Origin: Pseudomonadota bacterium
GTDB lineage: Bacteria > Pseudomonadota > Alphaproteobacteria > Azospirillales > Azospirillaceae
Length of the DNA stretch: 64,000 nt
Direction: 5' to 3'
Assembly (NCBI GenBank): GCA_046045995.1
Contig: JBJOKR010000003.1
Span: 925-64,924, forward strand
The translations under genes were made by a program, and so were the position numbers. Positions 26,146 to 35,224 of this stretch are shown here, in pieces (within the stretch, counting starts at the first letter, position 1; every line of letters starts with the position of its first letter). The notes beneath the pieces were generated by a model. It was given only the letters and a program-made list of their open reading frames with translations, searched no databases and was not told the DNA's origin.

Positions 26146-26766
26146 ATGCCGCCGACCCGCCGATCCGCCCAGCCCAAGCCCCCGGCACGCCGCCGCCCCG
26201 ATCCCGATCAGTTCGACCTGTTCGACATGCCGGAGCCGACGGCGGTCATGCTGACCTTTTCCGGCCGGACGGTGGATCTGGAGCGGCCGGACCTGTCCGC
26301 CTTCGAGATCGAGGATATTGCCCGGCCCCTGGCCTATCAGTGCCGCTTCGTCGGCAACACCATCGCCTTCTACAGCGTGGCCCAGCATTCGGTGCTGGCC
26401 AGCCACCTGGCCCCGGCGGGCTTCGAGTATGACGCCCTGATGCATGACGCGGAGGAGGCGTTCACCGGTGACTGGCCGACACCTTGGAAGGTGCGCATCG
26501 GGCGGGAGGCGATCGAGGCGGCGACAGCACCCCTGAAGCGGGAGATGGCCCGGCGCTTCGGCACCCGCTATCCCCAGCCAAAGGAGGTGAAGCTGGCCGA
26601 TCAGCGCGCCCTGGCGACGGAGCTGCGGGACCTGTGCGCCCCCCATCGGGTGAACTGGAAGGATCTGCCCGCCCCGGCTACCCTGCCGATCACGGCCCTG
26701 GACCCGGAGCAGGCCATGCGGGCCTTCCTGGACCGGTTCCGGGAATTGCGCGGGTCCGCCGCCTGA
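26146..26766 (+). CDS. HD-domain-like phosphohydrolase
   Basis: YSVAQHSVLASHL ... ALMHDAEEAFTGDWPTPWK gives the H...HD...D arrangement. Start is uncertain (alternative ATGs at 26227 and 26248). Confidence 0.55.
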   Translation: MPPTRRSAQPKPPARRRPDPDQFDLFDMPEPTAVMLTFSGRTVDLERPDLSAFEIEDIARPLAYQCRFVGNTIAFYSVAQHSVLASHLAPAGFEYDALMHDAEEAFTGDWPTPWKVRIGREAIEAATAPLKREMARRFGTRYPQPKEVKLADQRALATELRDLCAPHRVNWKDLPAPATLPITALDPEQAMRAFLDRFRELRGSAA

Positions 26767-26825
26767 ACCGGGCGGTTGAACTGTGGTACGACTGGTCCAG
26801 CGACGGGAATGAGGGTGAGGGCGGC

Positions 26826-27908
26826 ATGCGGGACGGTGACCGCGACAGGGCGGCGGCGACTGGCCGGCGGCGGGGGGCGGAGGGGGATGCCGCGGGCGGC
26901 CGCCCGACGGTGAAGATGGCGGATCTGGCGCGCCTGGCCGGGGTGTCCGTTTCCACCGTCTCCCGCGCCCTGGCGGGCAGCACCCTGGTCCCGGCGGAAA
27001 AGCGGGCGGAGATCCTGAAGATCGCCCGCGACCAGGGCTATGTGGTGAACGAGGCGGCGCGGAACCTGCGGCTTCAGAAGACCCAGGTCATCGGCATCGC
27101 CATCCCCCTGGGCCATGAGGCCGGGCAGCTGATCTCCGACCCGTTCTTCATCGAGCTGTTCGGCCGTCTGGCCGATGAGATCACGGCCCGCAACCATGCC
27201 GTCCTGCTGAACAAGGTGGTGCAGCCGGGGCCGGACTGGATCGACCGGCTGGTCCGGTCCCAGCGCTTCGACGGGTTGCTGGTGATCGGGCAGAGCGACC
27301 AGCACGACGCCCTGAACGCCATCGCCCGGTCCTACCGCCCGCTGGTGGTCTGGGGCGCCCATCTGCCGTCCCAGGCCTATTGCTCCGTCGGGTCGGACAA
27401 TATCGGCGGGGCCCGGGCGGCGGTGGAACACCTGCTGTCCACCGGCCGCCGCCGCATCGCCTTCCTGGGCATGGCGGAGGTGCCGGAGGTCGGCCTGCGT
27501 TGGGAGGGCTATGTGCGTGCCCTGACCGCGGCCGGGCTGCAACCGGTGCCGGACCTGAAGGCGCCGGCCCATTTCACGGTCGATACCGCCTATGTCGCCG
27601 TGCGCGACCTGATCGCGAGCGGGGCCGTGTTCGACGGGGTCTTCGCCGCGTCCGACGTGATCGCCATGGCGGCGGTGAAGGCCTTGTCCGCCGCCGGTTT
27701 GCGGGTGCCGGAGGATGTGGCCGTGGTGGGGTTCGACGATATCGGCCTGGCCGCCCATGTGAACCCGCCGCTGACCACGGTCCGCCAGGATCTGGCCCGC
27801 GGGGCCCGGGTAATGGTGGACCTGTTGTTCCGCCGGATGGAAGGGGAGGATACGCCCTCCGCCACCATGCCGGCGGAACTGGTGGTGCGGCGCAGCAGCG
27901 GGGCCTAG
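26826..27908 (+). CDS. LacI family transcriptional regulator
   Basis: HTH MADLARLAGVSVSTVSRALAG...ILKIARDQGYVVNEAARNLR, then a periplasmic-binding-fold sensor domain. Start is either ATG 26826 or ATG 26916. Confidence 0.85.
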   Translation: MRDGDRDRAAATGRRRGAEGDAAGGRPTVKMADLARLAGVSVSTVSRALAGSTLVPAEKRAEILKIARDQGYVVNEAARNLRLQKTQVIGIAIPLGHEAGQLISDPFFIELFGRLADEITARNHAVLLNKVVQPGPDWIDRLVRSQRFDGLLVIGQSDQHDALNAIARSYRPLVVWGAHLPSQAYCSVGSDNIGGARAAVEHLLSTGRRRIAFLGMAEVPEVGLRWEGYVRALTAAGLQPVPDLKAPAHFTVDTAYVAVRDLIASGAVFDGVFAASDVIAMAAVKALSAAGLRVPEDVAVVGFDDIGLAAHVNPPLTTVRQDLARGARVMVDLLFRRMEGEDTPSATMPAELVVRRSSGA

Positions 27909-27938
27909 GCGCACGGCGCCACCCTGCACCCGCACCCG

Positions 27939-29528
27939 TCAGGCCCAGATCCAGACCAGCACGCCCGTCACGGCCAGCAGCACAGCCGATTGCAGGCGGT
28001 AGTTCTGCCACAGCGGCAGGGCCGCCAGCTCCCGCGATTCCCGGGCGAAGGTGGCACCGGTCCAGACCAGGCCATCCACTTTCTCCGCGGGCGGCGGGGC
28101 GGTGGCCAGGCTGACCGCCACCACCGTCACCAGCGACAGGGCGAAGAGGACGGCCGCCGCGATCAGGAAATGCAGGTCCAAGGCCCCCGTGACCGGCCCG
28201 CCCCAGAACAGGGCCGCACCGCCGATGATGCCCGCCAGCAGACCCGCCCGGGCGCCCGCCGCATTGGCCCGTGGCCAGAGGATGCCTGCCAGGAACAGGG
28301 ACACCACCGGCGGCACCGCATAGGCCAGGATGGATTGCAGATATTGCCACAGGCTGTCGGATATGGCCTCCACCACCGGCACCCAGGCGACCGACAGGAC
28401 CATGAAGACGATGGTGGCGATCCGCCCGATCCGCACCAGCCCCGCCTGGGACAGGCCGGGCTTCAGCCGCCGGGCGAAATCCATGGTGACGAGCGTGGAG
28501 GCGGAGTTGAAGGTGCTGGCGATGCTGGACATGATCGCCGCCAGGAACCCCGCCACCACCAGCCCGATCACCCCCACCGGCAGCAGATCGAAGATCAAGG
28601 TGGGATAAACCAGGTCCGGCCGTTCCAGATCGGGATAAAGCAGGATCGCCGCCGTCCCCGGCAGAACCATCAGGAACAGAACCGGCAGCTTCAGCAGGCC
28701 GGCGAACAGGCTGCCCCAGCGCCCGTGGTTCAGGTCCTTGGCCGACAGGACGCGCTGGGTCATGAACTGGTTGGTGCACCAGAAATACAGCCCGATGATC
28801 GGAATGCCGGTCAGCAGCCCGACCCAGGGCACGCCCGGATCATCCATCGGCCGGATCAGGCTGAGCTTTTCCGGCGCCACCCCGGCCATCACCACATCCC
28901 ATCCCCCCGCCTTCTGGAACGCGAAGACGGAGACGAAGACGGCGGCCCCGCACAGGATCACCGCCTGTACCACCTCCGTCACCAGGACGGCGCGCAAGCC
29001 CCCCGCGGCGGTGTAGAGACCGGCCGCCAGGGCCAGCAGGCCTGCGATCTGCCACAACGGCACGTCCGGGAAGATCAGCTTGAACATCAGCGCGCCGCCG
29101 AACAGCGTGCCCGCGGTATCGACGACGATGTTCAGGAAGATGGTCAGGCCGGAGAAGTAAAGCCGCGTCCCCCCGTCGAACCGGCGTTCCAGGAATTCCG
29201 GCAGGGTATAGACCTGACTGCGCAGGATCACCGGCAGCAGGAACAGGCAGAAGAAGACCAGCACGACACTGGCCATCCATTCGTAATTGAAGACGCTGAT
29301 CCCCACCGCATAGGCCGCCCCCGCCAACCCGATCAGCGTGGTGGAGGAGATGTTGGAGGCCAGCAGGGCCAGCCCGATGGTCGGCCAGGTGGAGGAGCGG
29401 GCGGCCAGGAAATAGTCGCTGGTCGTCGTGCTGCGCCGGCCCGCGCGCAGGCCCAGGGCGACGATGCCCATAAGATACAGTAGGACGATGACGGCATCGA
29501 TGGTCGACAGTCCGGAAAAATCCGCCAT
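27939..29528 (-). CDS. Sodium:solute symporter (SSF) family transporter
   Basis: From ATG 29528: MADFSGLSTIDAVIVLLYLMGIVALGLRAGRR..DYFLAARS. About 13 hydrophobic helices, typical SGLT-like. Confidence 0.85.
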   Translation of the reverse strand: MADFSGLSTIDAVIVLLYLMGIVALGLRAGRRSTTTSDYFLAARSSTWPTIGLALLASNISSTTLIGLAGAAYAVGISVFNYEWMASVVLVFFCLFLLPVILRSQVYTLPEFLERRFDGGTRLYFSGLTIFLNIVVDTAGTLFGGALMFKLIFPDVPLWQIAGLLALAAGLYTAAGGLRAVLVTEVVQAVILCGAAVFVSVFAFQKAGGWDVVMAGVAPEKLSLIRPMDDPGVPWVGLLTGIPIIGLYFWCTNQFMTQRVLSAKDLNHGRWGSLFAGLLKLPVLFLMVLPGTAAILLYPDLERPDLVYPTLIFDLLPVGVIGLVVAGFLAAIMSSIASTFNSASTLVTMDFARRLKPGLSQAGLVRIGRIATIVFMVLSVAWVPVVEAISDSLWQYLQSILAYAVPPVVSLFLAGILWPRANAAGARAGLLAGIIGGAALFWGGPVTGALDLHFLIAAAVLFALSLVTVVAVSLATAPPPAEKVDGLVWTGATFARESRELAALPLWQNYRLQSAVLLAVTGVLVWIWA

Positions 29529-29732
29529 GGCGTGTTCCTTCCCTGGATGATCCGGCCCCCCGGGGGCCGTCCGCGGCTTCACACCGCTGTTCCCGGCCAA
29601 TGCATTTGATTGGCCGGGGGCTGCAAAGCATTGCATTGCAGCAGGGATTTCCCGAACCCTTGGGATGCCCCACCTGCGCAAGGAATGCGTCAGAAGCCTA
29701 TGCGCTGCGGATCGAAACCGCAAGATGACGCT

Positions 29733-29746
29733 TGCAAACGATTGCA
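29733..29746. promoter_or_regulatory. LacI-type operator candidate in the symporter/receptor divergent promoter region
   Basis: TGCAAACGATTGCA is a near-palindromic 14-mer of the TGNAAnCGnTTNCA class. It sits 71 nt upstream of the TonB-dependent receptor ATG. Confidence 0.45.
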
Positions 29747-29816
29747 GATCATGATCACCTTGGCGGTGAGAAGGCAGGCCGGATACCGGCCGCCCCGGAC
29801 AGTGGAGGAGTTCCCA

Positions 29817-32336
29817 ATGACCCGTGCACATCTGTGCGCCCTGTTGCTTGGCGCCGCCCCCATCGCCTTGTCCGCCGGTCTGGCCGCGGCCCAGCCCACC
29901 GGCACTACGCCCGCCCCCGCTGCCTCATCCGAGACAGGCACCCCCGCCGCCCCGGCGCCGGCCCCGGCACCGGGCACCGATACCCTGGCGATGGAGGAGA
30001 TCATCGTCACCGCCGTGGCCGGGCAGACATCGAAGCTGCGCACCAGCGTGTCGGTCAGCGGCATCGGCGGGGATGATTTCGCCAATTTCGCCCCCCGTTC
30101 CACGGCGGAGATTTTCCGCAACCTGCCTGGCATCCGGTCGGAAAGCACGGGCGGTGAGGGCAATGCCAATATCGCCGTCCGCGGCCTGCCCGTCGCCTCG
30201 GGCGGGGCGAAGTTCCTGCAACTGCATGAGGATGGGCTGCCGGTCCTGGAATTCGGCGACATCGCCTTCGGCAATGCCGACATCTTCCTGCGCGCGGACA
30301 GCACGGTTCAGCGGATCGAGGCGGTGCGCGGCGGTTCCGCATCCACCTTCGCCAGCAATTCCCCCGGCGGTGTCATCAACTTCATCAGCCGGACGGGGGA
30401 GGAGGCGGGCGGTGCCCTGAAGCTGACCCGCGGCCTGGATTTCGACACGACCCGGGGTGATTTCCGCATCGGCGGCCCCATCGACGGGAACTGGAACTTC
30501 CACATCGGCGGCTTCTACCGGGAGGGGGAGGGCCCGCGGGAGGCCGGGTACAACGGTGAATCCGGCGGCCAGGTGAAGGCCAACCTGACCCGCAGCTTCG
30601 ACAACGGCTATGCCCGGCTGTATGTGAAGTACCTGAACGACCGGGCCATCGGCTACCTGCCCATGCCGGTTGCTGTCAGTGGGACCAACGGCGATCCCGA
30701 TTATGACAGCCTGCCCGGCTTCGACATCCTGTCTGACACGCCGCACAGCCCCTATTTCACCCGCAATGCCGGGCTGGGCGGGGATAACGGCCCCCGGGTC
30801 AGCGACATCCGCGACGGCATGCGGCCCGTATCCACCGCCATCGGTGGGGAGTTCGAATTCGATATCGCCGATGACTGGCGCATCGCCAACCGTTTCCGCT
30901 GGGCGGAGACGGATGGACGCTTCGTCTCCCCCTTCCCGGCGGAGGTGGCGGCGGCATCGGCCATCGCCGCGGATATCGGCGGGGCGGGGGCGCGGCTGCG
31001 CTATGCCAACGGGCCCCAAGGCGGCCAGGCCATCGCGAACCCCGCCGGCCTGAACGGCAACGGCCTGGCCATGCGCGTCCATGTCTTCGATACGGAGATC
31101 AATGATTTCGGCAATTTGGCCAACGACCTGAAGCTGACCCGGTCGTTCCGGATGGATCAGGCGGCGGTGGACCTGACGGTCGGGTACTACAAGGCCCGCC
31201 AGACCATCGACATGGACTGGCTGTGGAATTCCTACCTGCTGGAGGTGCGGGGCGACCGCGCCGCCCTGCTGGATGTGGTGCGGGCCGATGGCAGCCTGGC
31301 GACGGAGGGCGGGCTGATCGCCTATGGCGTGCCCTTCTGGGGCAATTGCTGCACCCGCAGCTATGATGTCACCTATGATATCGATGCACCCTATGCCGCC
31401 CTGGGGGTGGAGATGGGGGATTGGAACATCGATGCCAGCCTTCGCTACGATTCAGGGGACGCGAGCGGCAGCTATACCGGCTCCGTCCAGTCGGCCAACC
31501 TGGATGTGAACCGCAACGGCGTCATCTCAGCACCGGAGCGCAGCGTGTCCGTCCTGGATCTGCGCAACCCGTCGCCGGTGGATTACGACTGGAGCTACTG
31601 GTCCTGGTCCATCGGTGCCAACTACACGGTCACACCGGACCTGGCCGTCTTCGCCCGGGCCAGCCAGGGCGGGCGGGCCAATGCCGACCGGCTGCTGTTC
31701 GGCCGTGTCCGCGCGGACGGATCGGTGGCGGAGCAGGATGCGGTCGACATGGTCGACCAGTATGAGGCGGGCGTGAAGTGGCGCAGCGGCGGCTTCGGCC
31801 TGTTCGGCACCCTGTTCTATGCGGAAACGCAGGAGCAGAATTTCGAAGCCACGTCCCAGCGGTTCTTCGACCGGGTCTATGAGGCCTATGGCCTGGAGCT
31901 GGAGGCGACCTACGGCTACCAGGGCTTCTTCATCAGCGCCGGCGCCACCTGGACGGAGGCGGAGATCGCGGAGGATGCCCTGTCCCCGGCGGTGGCGGGC
32001 AACACCCCCCGGCGCCAGCCGGACCTGATCTATCAGATCACGCCTAGCTACAGTGATTTCGGCGTCACCATCGGCGCCAACATCATCGGCAGCACCGATG
32101 CCTATGCCCAGGACAACAACAGCCTGATCCTGCCCGCCTATACCCAGGTGAACCTGTTCGCCGATTATGCCCTGACCGAGGGGCTTCTGCTGTCGCTGAA
32201 CGTCAACAACCTGTTCAACGCCAAGGGCTTCACGGAGGCGGAGGAAGGGGCGATCGTGGACGGGCGCAGCAACATCATCCGGGCCCGCTCCATCAACGGG
32301 CGGACCTCCACCCTGTCCCTCTCCTATACGTTCTGA
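29817..32336 (+). CDS. TonB-dependent receptor (sugar-scavenging, SuxA-like by context)
   Basis: Signal peptide, then a plug segment starting MEEIIVTA...RSTAEIFRNLPGI, a long beta-barrel, and a terminal ...LSLSYTF. Confidence 0.9.
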   Translation: MTRAHLCALLLGAAPIALSAGLAAAQPTGTTPAPAASSETGTPAAPAPAPAPGTDTLAMEEIIVTAVAGQTSKLRTSVSVSGIGGDDFANFAPRSTAEIFRNLPGIRSESTGGEGNANIAVRGLPVASGGAKFLQLHEDGLPVLEFGDIAFGNADIFLRADSTVQRIEAVRGGSASTFASNSPGGVINFISRTGEEAGGALKLTRGLDFDTTRGDFRIGGPIDGNWNFHIGGFYREGEGPREAGYNGESGGQVKANLTRSFDNGYARLYVKYLNDRAIGYLPMPVAVSGTNGDPDYDSLPGFDILSDTPHSPYFTRNAGLGGDNGPRVSDIRDGMRPVSTAIGGEFEFDIADDWRIANRFRWAETDGRFVSPFPAEVAAASAIAADIGGAGARLRYANGPQGGQAIANPAGLNGNGLAMRVHVFDTEINDFGNLANDLKLTRSFRMDQAAVDLTVGYYKARQTIDMDWLWNSYLLEVRGDRAALLDVVRADGSLATEGGLIAYGVPFWGNCCTRSYDVTYDIDAPYAALGVEMGDWNIDASLRYDSGDASGSYTGSVQSANLDVNRNGVISAPERSVSVLDLRNPSPVDYDWSYWSWSIGANYTVTPDLAVFARASQGGRANADRLLFGRVRADGSVAEQDAVDMVDQYEAGVKWRSGGFGLFGTLFYAETQEQNFEATSQRFFDRVYEAYGLELEATYGYQGFFISAGATWTEAEIAEDALSPAVAGNTPRRQPDLIYQITPSYSDFGVTIGANIIGSTDAYAQDNNSLILPAYTQVNLFADYALTEGLLLSLNVNNLFNAKGFTEAEEGAIVDGRSNIIRARSINGRTSTLSLSYTF

Positions 32337-32353
32337 GGGGCGTTTCCGGCCTG

Positions 32354-32393
32354 GGGCGGGGCTGGTTCCGACCGGTCCCGCCCGCCTTTTTTT
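32354..32393 (+). terminator. Rho-independent terminator after the TonB-dependent receptor
   Basis: GGGCGGGGCTGG - ttccga - CCGGTCCCGCCC, followed by GCC and a run of seven T. Confidence 0.6.
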
Positions 32394-32438
32394 GCTGACC
32401 GCTCACGTCTGTTCCGTCATTCCGGGGATACCCGTTCC

Positions 32439-34328
32439 ATGGCCTTTGTCGAGGCATTGCAGACCCTTCCCCTGGACCCCGCCCGCCGGGCGGAGCTGGA
32501 GCACCGGGCCGGATCCCGCTGGCCGGCGGCGCTGGCCGCCTTCCGCGCGCTGTATGCGGGCCACCCCGACCTGCCAGGGTGGGAGCGGCGGCTGGCCGGG
32601 CGGTTGGCCGCGGCGGCCCTGGACCGGGCGGACGACCTTTGCGCCCTGGACCGGGCGCGGGAGGCGGCGCCCGACTGGTTCCAGCAGCCGGGCATGGTCG
32701 GCTACAGCTTCTATGTGGACCGCTTCGCCGGCACGCTGCGCGGCCTGGCCGACCGCATCCCCTATCTGAAGGAGCTGGGGGTGCGCTGGCTGCACCCCCT
32801 GCCCCTGCTGAAGCCGCGGCCGGGGGATAGTGACGGCGGCTTCGCCGTGGCCGATTTCCGGGCGGTGGACCCGGCGCTGGGCAGCATGGACGATCTGCGC
32901 GATCTGGCCGCGGCCCTGCGGGCGGAGGGGATCAGCCTGTGCCTGGATGTGGTGTGCAACCACACCGCCGCCGAACACCCCTGGGCGGAGGCGGCAAAGG
33001 CGGGCCATCCGGCCTATCGCGACTATTACCACATCCTGCCCGACCGGGCGGTGGTGGAGGCGTGGGAACGGGACCTTGATCAGGTCTTCCCCGTCACCGC
33101 CCCCGGCAATTTCACGGTAGAGCCCGCCCTGGGCGGATGGGTCTGGACCACCTTCTATCCCTTCCAATGGGATCTGAACTACGCCAATCCGGCCGTGTTC
33201 GTGGAGATGCCGGACGTGCTGCTGTTCCTGGCGAACCAGGGGGCGGAGGCGTTCCGCCTGGACAGCATTCCCTTCCTGTGGAAGCGGCCGGGCACCGATT
33301 GCCGCGGCTTGCCGGAGACACACACCGTCGTCCGCGCCTGGCGCGCCGCCCTGGCCATCGTCGCCCCGGCCGTGGCGTTGAAGGCGGAGGCGATCGTGGG
33401 GCTGGAGCAGGTGCTGCCCTTCTTCGGCACGGGTGGGGAGCCGGAATGCCACATCGCCTATAACAACGCGGCCATGGCCGGGCTGTGGGCGGCCCTGTCC
33501 CTGGGCGATGCGGGGCCCCTGGCCCGCATCCTGGACCAGGCGGCGGGGCGACCGGCGGGGGCGCAGTGGCTGACATATCTGCGCTGCCATGACGACATCA
33601 TCTGGGACGCCCTGGCGGGGGAACTGCCCGCGGCGGCCCGGCGGCAGGTTTCCGCCCATTATGCCGGGGCCGCGGCCACAGCGGCGGGCCCCGTCCCCTT
33701 CCCCGCCCATGGCCGCGCCTTCCAGCCCCTGGCCGAAGGGGTGGCCAGCACCAACGGGATGACGGCATCCCTGCTGGGCCTGCCGCCCGGGGCGTCCGCG
33801 TCCGCCGATCAGGCGGATGTGCTGGCCCGCCATGCCCTGCTGCATGGCATCCTGCTGGCCCTGGACGGTATCCCGACCCTGTACATGGGGGATGAGCTGG
33901 CCCTGCGGAACGATGAAGGCTATGCCGCCGACCCTGCCCGCGCGGCGGAGGGGCGGTGGCTGCACCGGCCGGTGATGGATGCCGATGCCTTGTCCCGCCG
34001 CGATGATCCAGCGACGGTGGCGGGGGCGGCCTTCGCCGCCGTTACCCGCCTGATCGCCTTGCGGGCGGGCGAACCGGCCCTGCACGGCGCCCATCCGGCC
34101 CGCCCTTTCGATACAGGACACAAGGGTGTCCTGGGCTTCGTCCGCGGGCAGCCGGGTGGGCGGATGCTGGCCTGCATCGCCAACCTGACCGGCGGGCCGC
34201 TGACCGGCATCCGCCTTCCCCGCGGCTGGACGGGACCCTTGCCGGACCGGATCGGCGGCGCGATGGTAGCGGGGGATGATACGGCCCTGGCACCCTGGCA
34301 GGTGCTGTGGCTGGTGCGGGAGGGGTAA
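32439..34328 (+). CDS. Amylosucrase (GH13 alpha-amylase family)
   Basis: [55 protein letters not shown]...[11 protein letters not shown]...YLRCHDDI is the characteristic amylosucrase layout. Confidence 0.85.
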   Translation: MAFVEALQTLPLDPARRAELEHRAGSRWPAALAAFRALYAGHPDLPGWERRLAGRLAAAALDRADDLCALDRAREAAPDWFQQPGMVGYSFYVDRFAGTLRGLADRIPYLKELGVRWLHPLPLLKPRPGDSDGGFAVADFRAVDPALGSMDDLRDLAAALRAEGISLCLDVVCNHTAAEHPWAEAAKAGHPAYRDYYHILPDRAVVEAWERDLDQVFPVTAPGNFTVEPALGGWVWTTFYPFQWDLNYANPAVFVEMPDVLLFLANQGAEAFRLDSIPFLWKRPGTDCRGLPETHTVVRAWRAALAIVAPAVALKAEAIVGLEQVLPFFGTGGEPECHIAYNNAAMAGLWAALSLGDAGPLARILDQAAGRPAGAQWLTYLRCHDDIIWDALAGELPAAARRQVSAHYAGAAATAAGPVPFPAHGRAFQPLAEGVASTNGMTASLLGLPPGASASADQADVLARHALLHGILLALDGIPTLYMGDELALRNDEGYAADPARAAEGRWLHRPVMDADALSRRDDPATVAGAAFAAVTRLIALRAGEPALHGAHPARPFDTGHKGVLGFVRGQPGGRMLACIANLTGGPLTGIRLPRGWTGPLPDRIGGAMVAGDDTALAPWQVLWLVREG

Positions 34329-34330
34329 GC

Positions 34331-35221
34331 ATGCGTGTCGCAGGGGTGGAGATCGGGGGAACCAAGGTCCTGGTGGCGACCGGCAGCGGGCCGGATGACC
34401 TGACGGAACCGGTGCGCATCCCCACCACCACACCGGGGCAGACGATGGCCGCGGTCCTGGCCGCCCTGCGCGACCAGATCGCCCTGCACGGGCCCATTGC
34501 CGCGGTGGGGGTGGCCAGCTTCGGCCCCCTGGTGCTGGACCGGGGGGCGGCGGATCACGGCCACATCGCCGCCACGCCGAAACCGGGGTGGAGCGGGGCG
34601 GACATCGTCGGCCCCATCGCCGCGGCAATCGGCGTTCCGGTGGTGCTGGACACGGATGTGAACGGGGCCGCCCTGGGCGAAGGACGCTGGGGGGCGGCAC
34701 GCGGGCTGGATGACCATGCCTATGTCACCGTCGGCACCGGCATCGGCGTGGGGTTGGTGATCCATGGCCGCCCGGTCCATGGGTTGATGCATCCGGAGGC
34801 GGGGCATCTGGCTGTCCGGCGCGACCCCGCGCGGGACCCCTTCCCCGGCATCTGCCCCTTCCACGGTGATTGCCTGGAGGGGCTGGCCAGCGGCCCCGCC
34901 ATCCGCGCCCGCATGGGCCGCCCGGCGGAGGAGATTGCGGAGGACGATCCCGTCTGGACCCTGATCGCCGATTACCTGGGCCAGCTTTGCGCCACCCTGC
35001 TGCTGACCACGGCACCCCGGCGGATCGTCATCGGCGGCGGGGTCGGCGGGCGGGCCCATCTGCTGCCCCTGGTGCGGCGGGCGACGGTGGAGAGGCTGGG
35101 CGGATACCTGCGCGTTCCCGCCCTGTCCGACCCGGACAACCTGATCGTGCCGCCGGCCCTGGGTGACCGGGCGGGTGTGCTGGGTGCCGTCTGCCTGGCC
35201 CTGTCCGCCGCCGCCGGATAA
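34331..35221 (+). CDS. ROK family sugar kinase (fructokinase-like)
   Basis: [16 protein letters not shown]..., then ...[12 protein letters not shown], and the Zn motif [10 protein letters not shown]. Starts 3 nt after the amylosucrase stop. Confidence 0.75.
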   Translation: MRVAGVEIGGTKVLVATGSGPDDLTEPVRIPTTTPGQTMAAVLAALRDQIALHGPIAAVGVASFGPLVLDRGAADHGHIAATPKPGWSGADIVGPIAAAIGVPVVLDTDVNGAALGEGRWGAARGLDDHAYVTVGTGIGVGLVIHGRPVHGLMHPEAGHLAVRRDPARDPFPGICPFHGDCLEGLASGPAIRARMGRPAEEIAEDDPVWTLIADYLGQLCATLLLTTAPRRIVIGGGVGGRAHLLPLVRRATVERLGGYLRVPALSDPDNLIVPPALGDRAGVLGAVCLALSAAAG

Positions 35222-35224
35222 ACC

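Noticed and set aside
32403-34700. 765-aa minus-strand ORF opposite amylosucrase
   Set aside because: It is an antisense shadow of a clearly recognisable GH13 amylosucrase.
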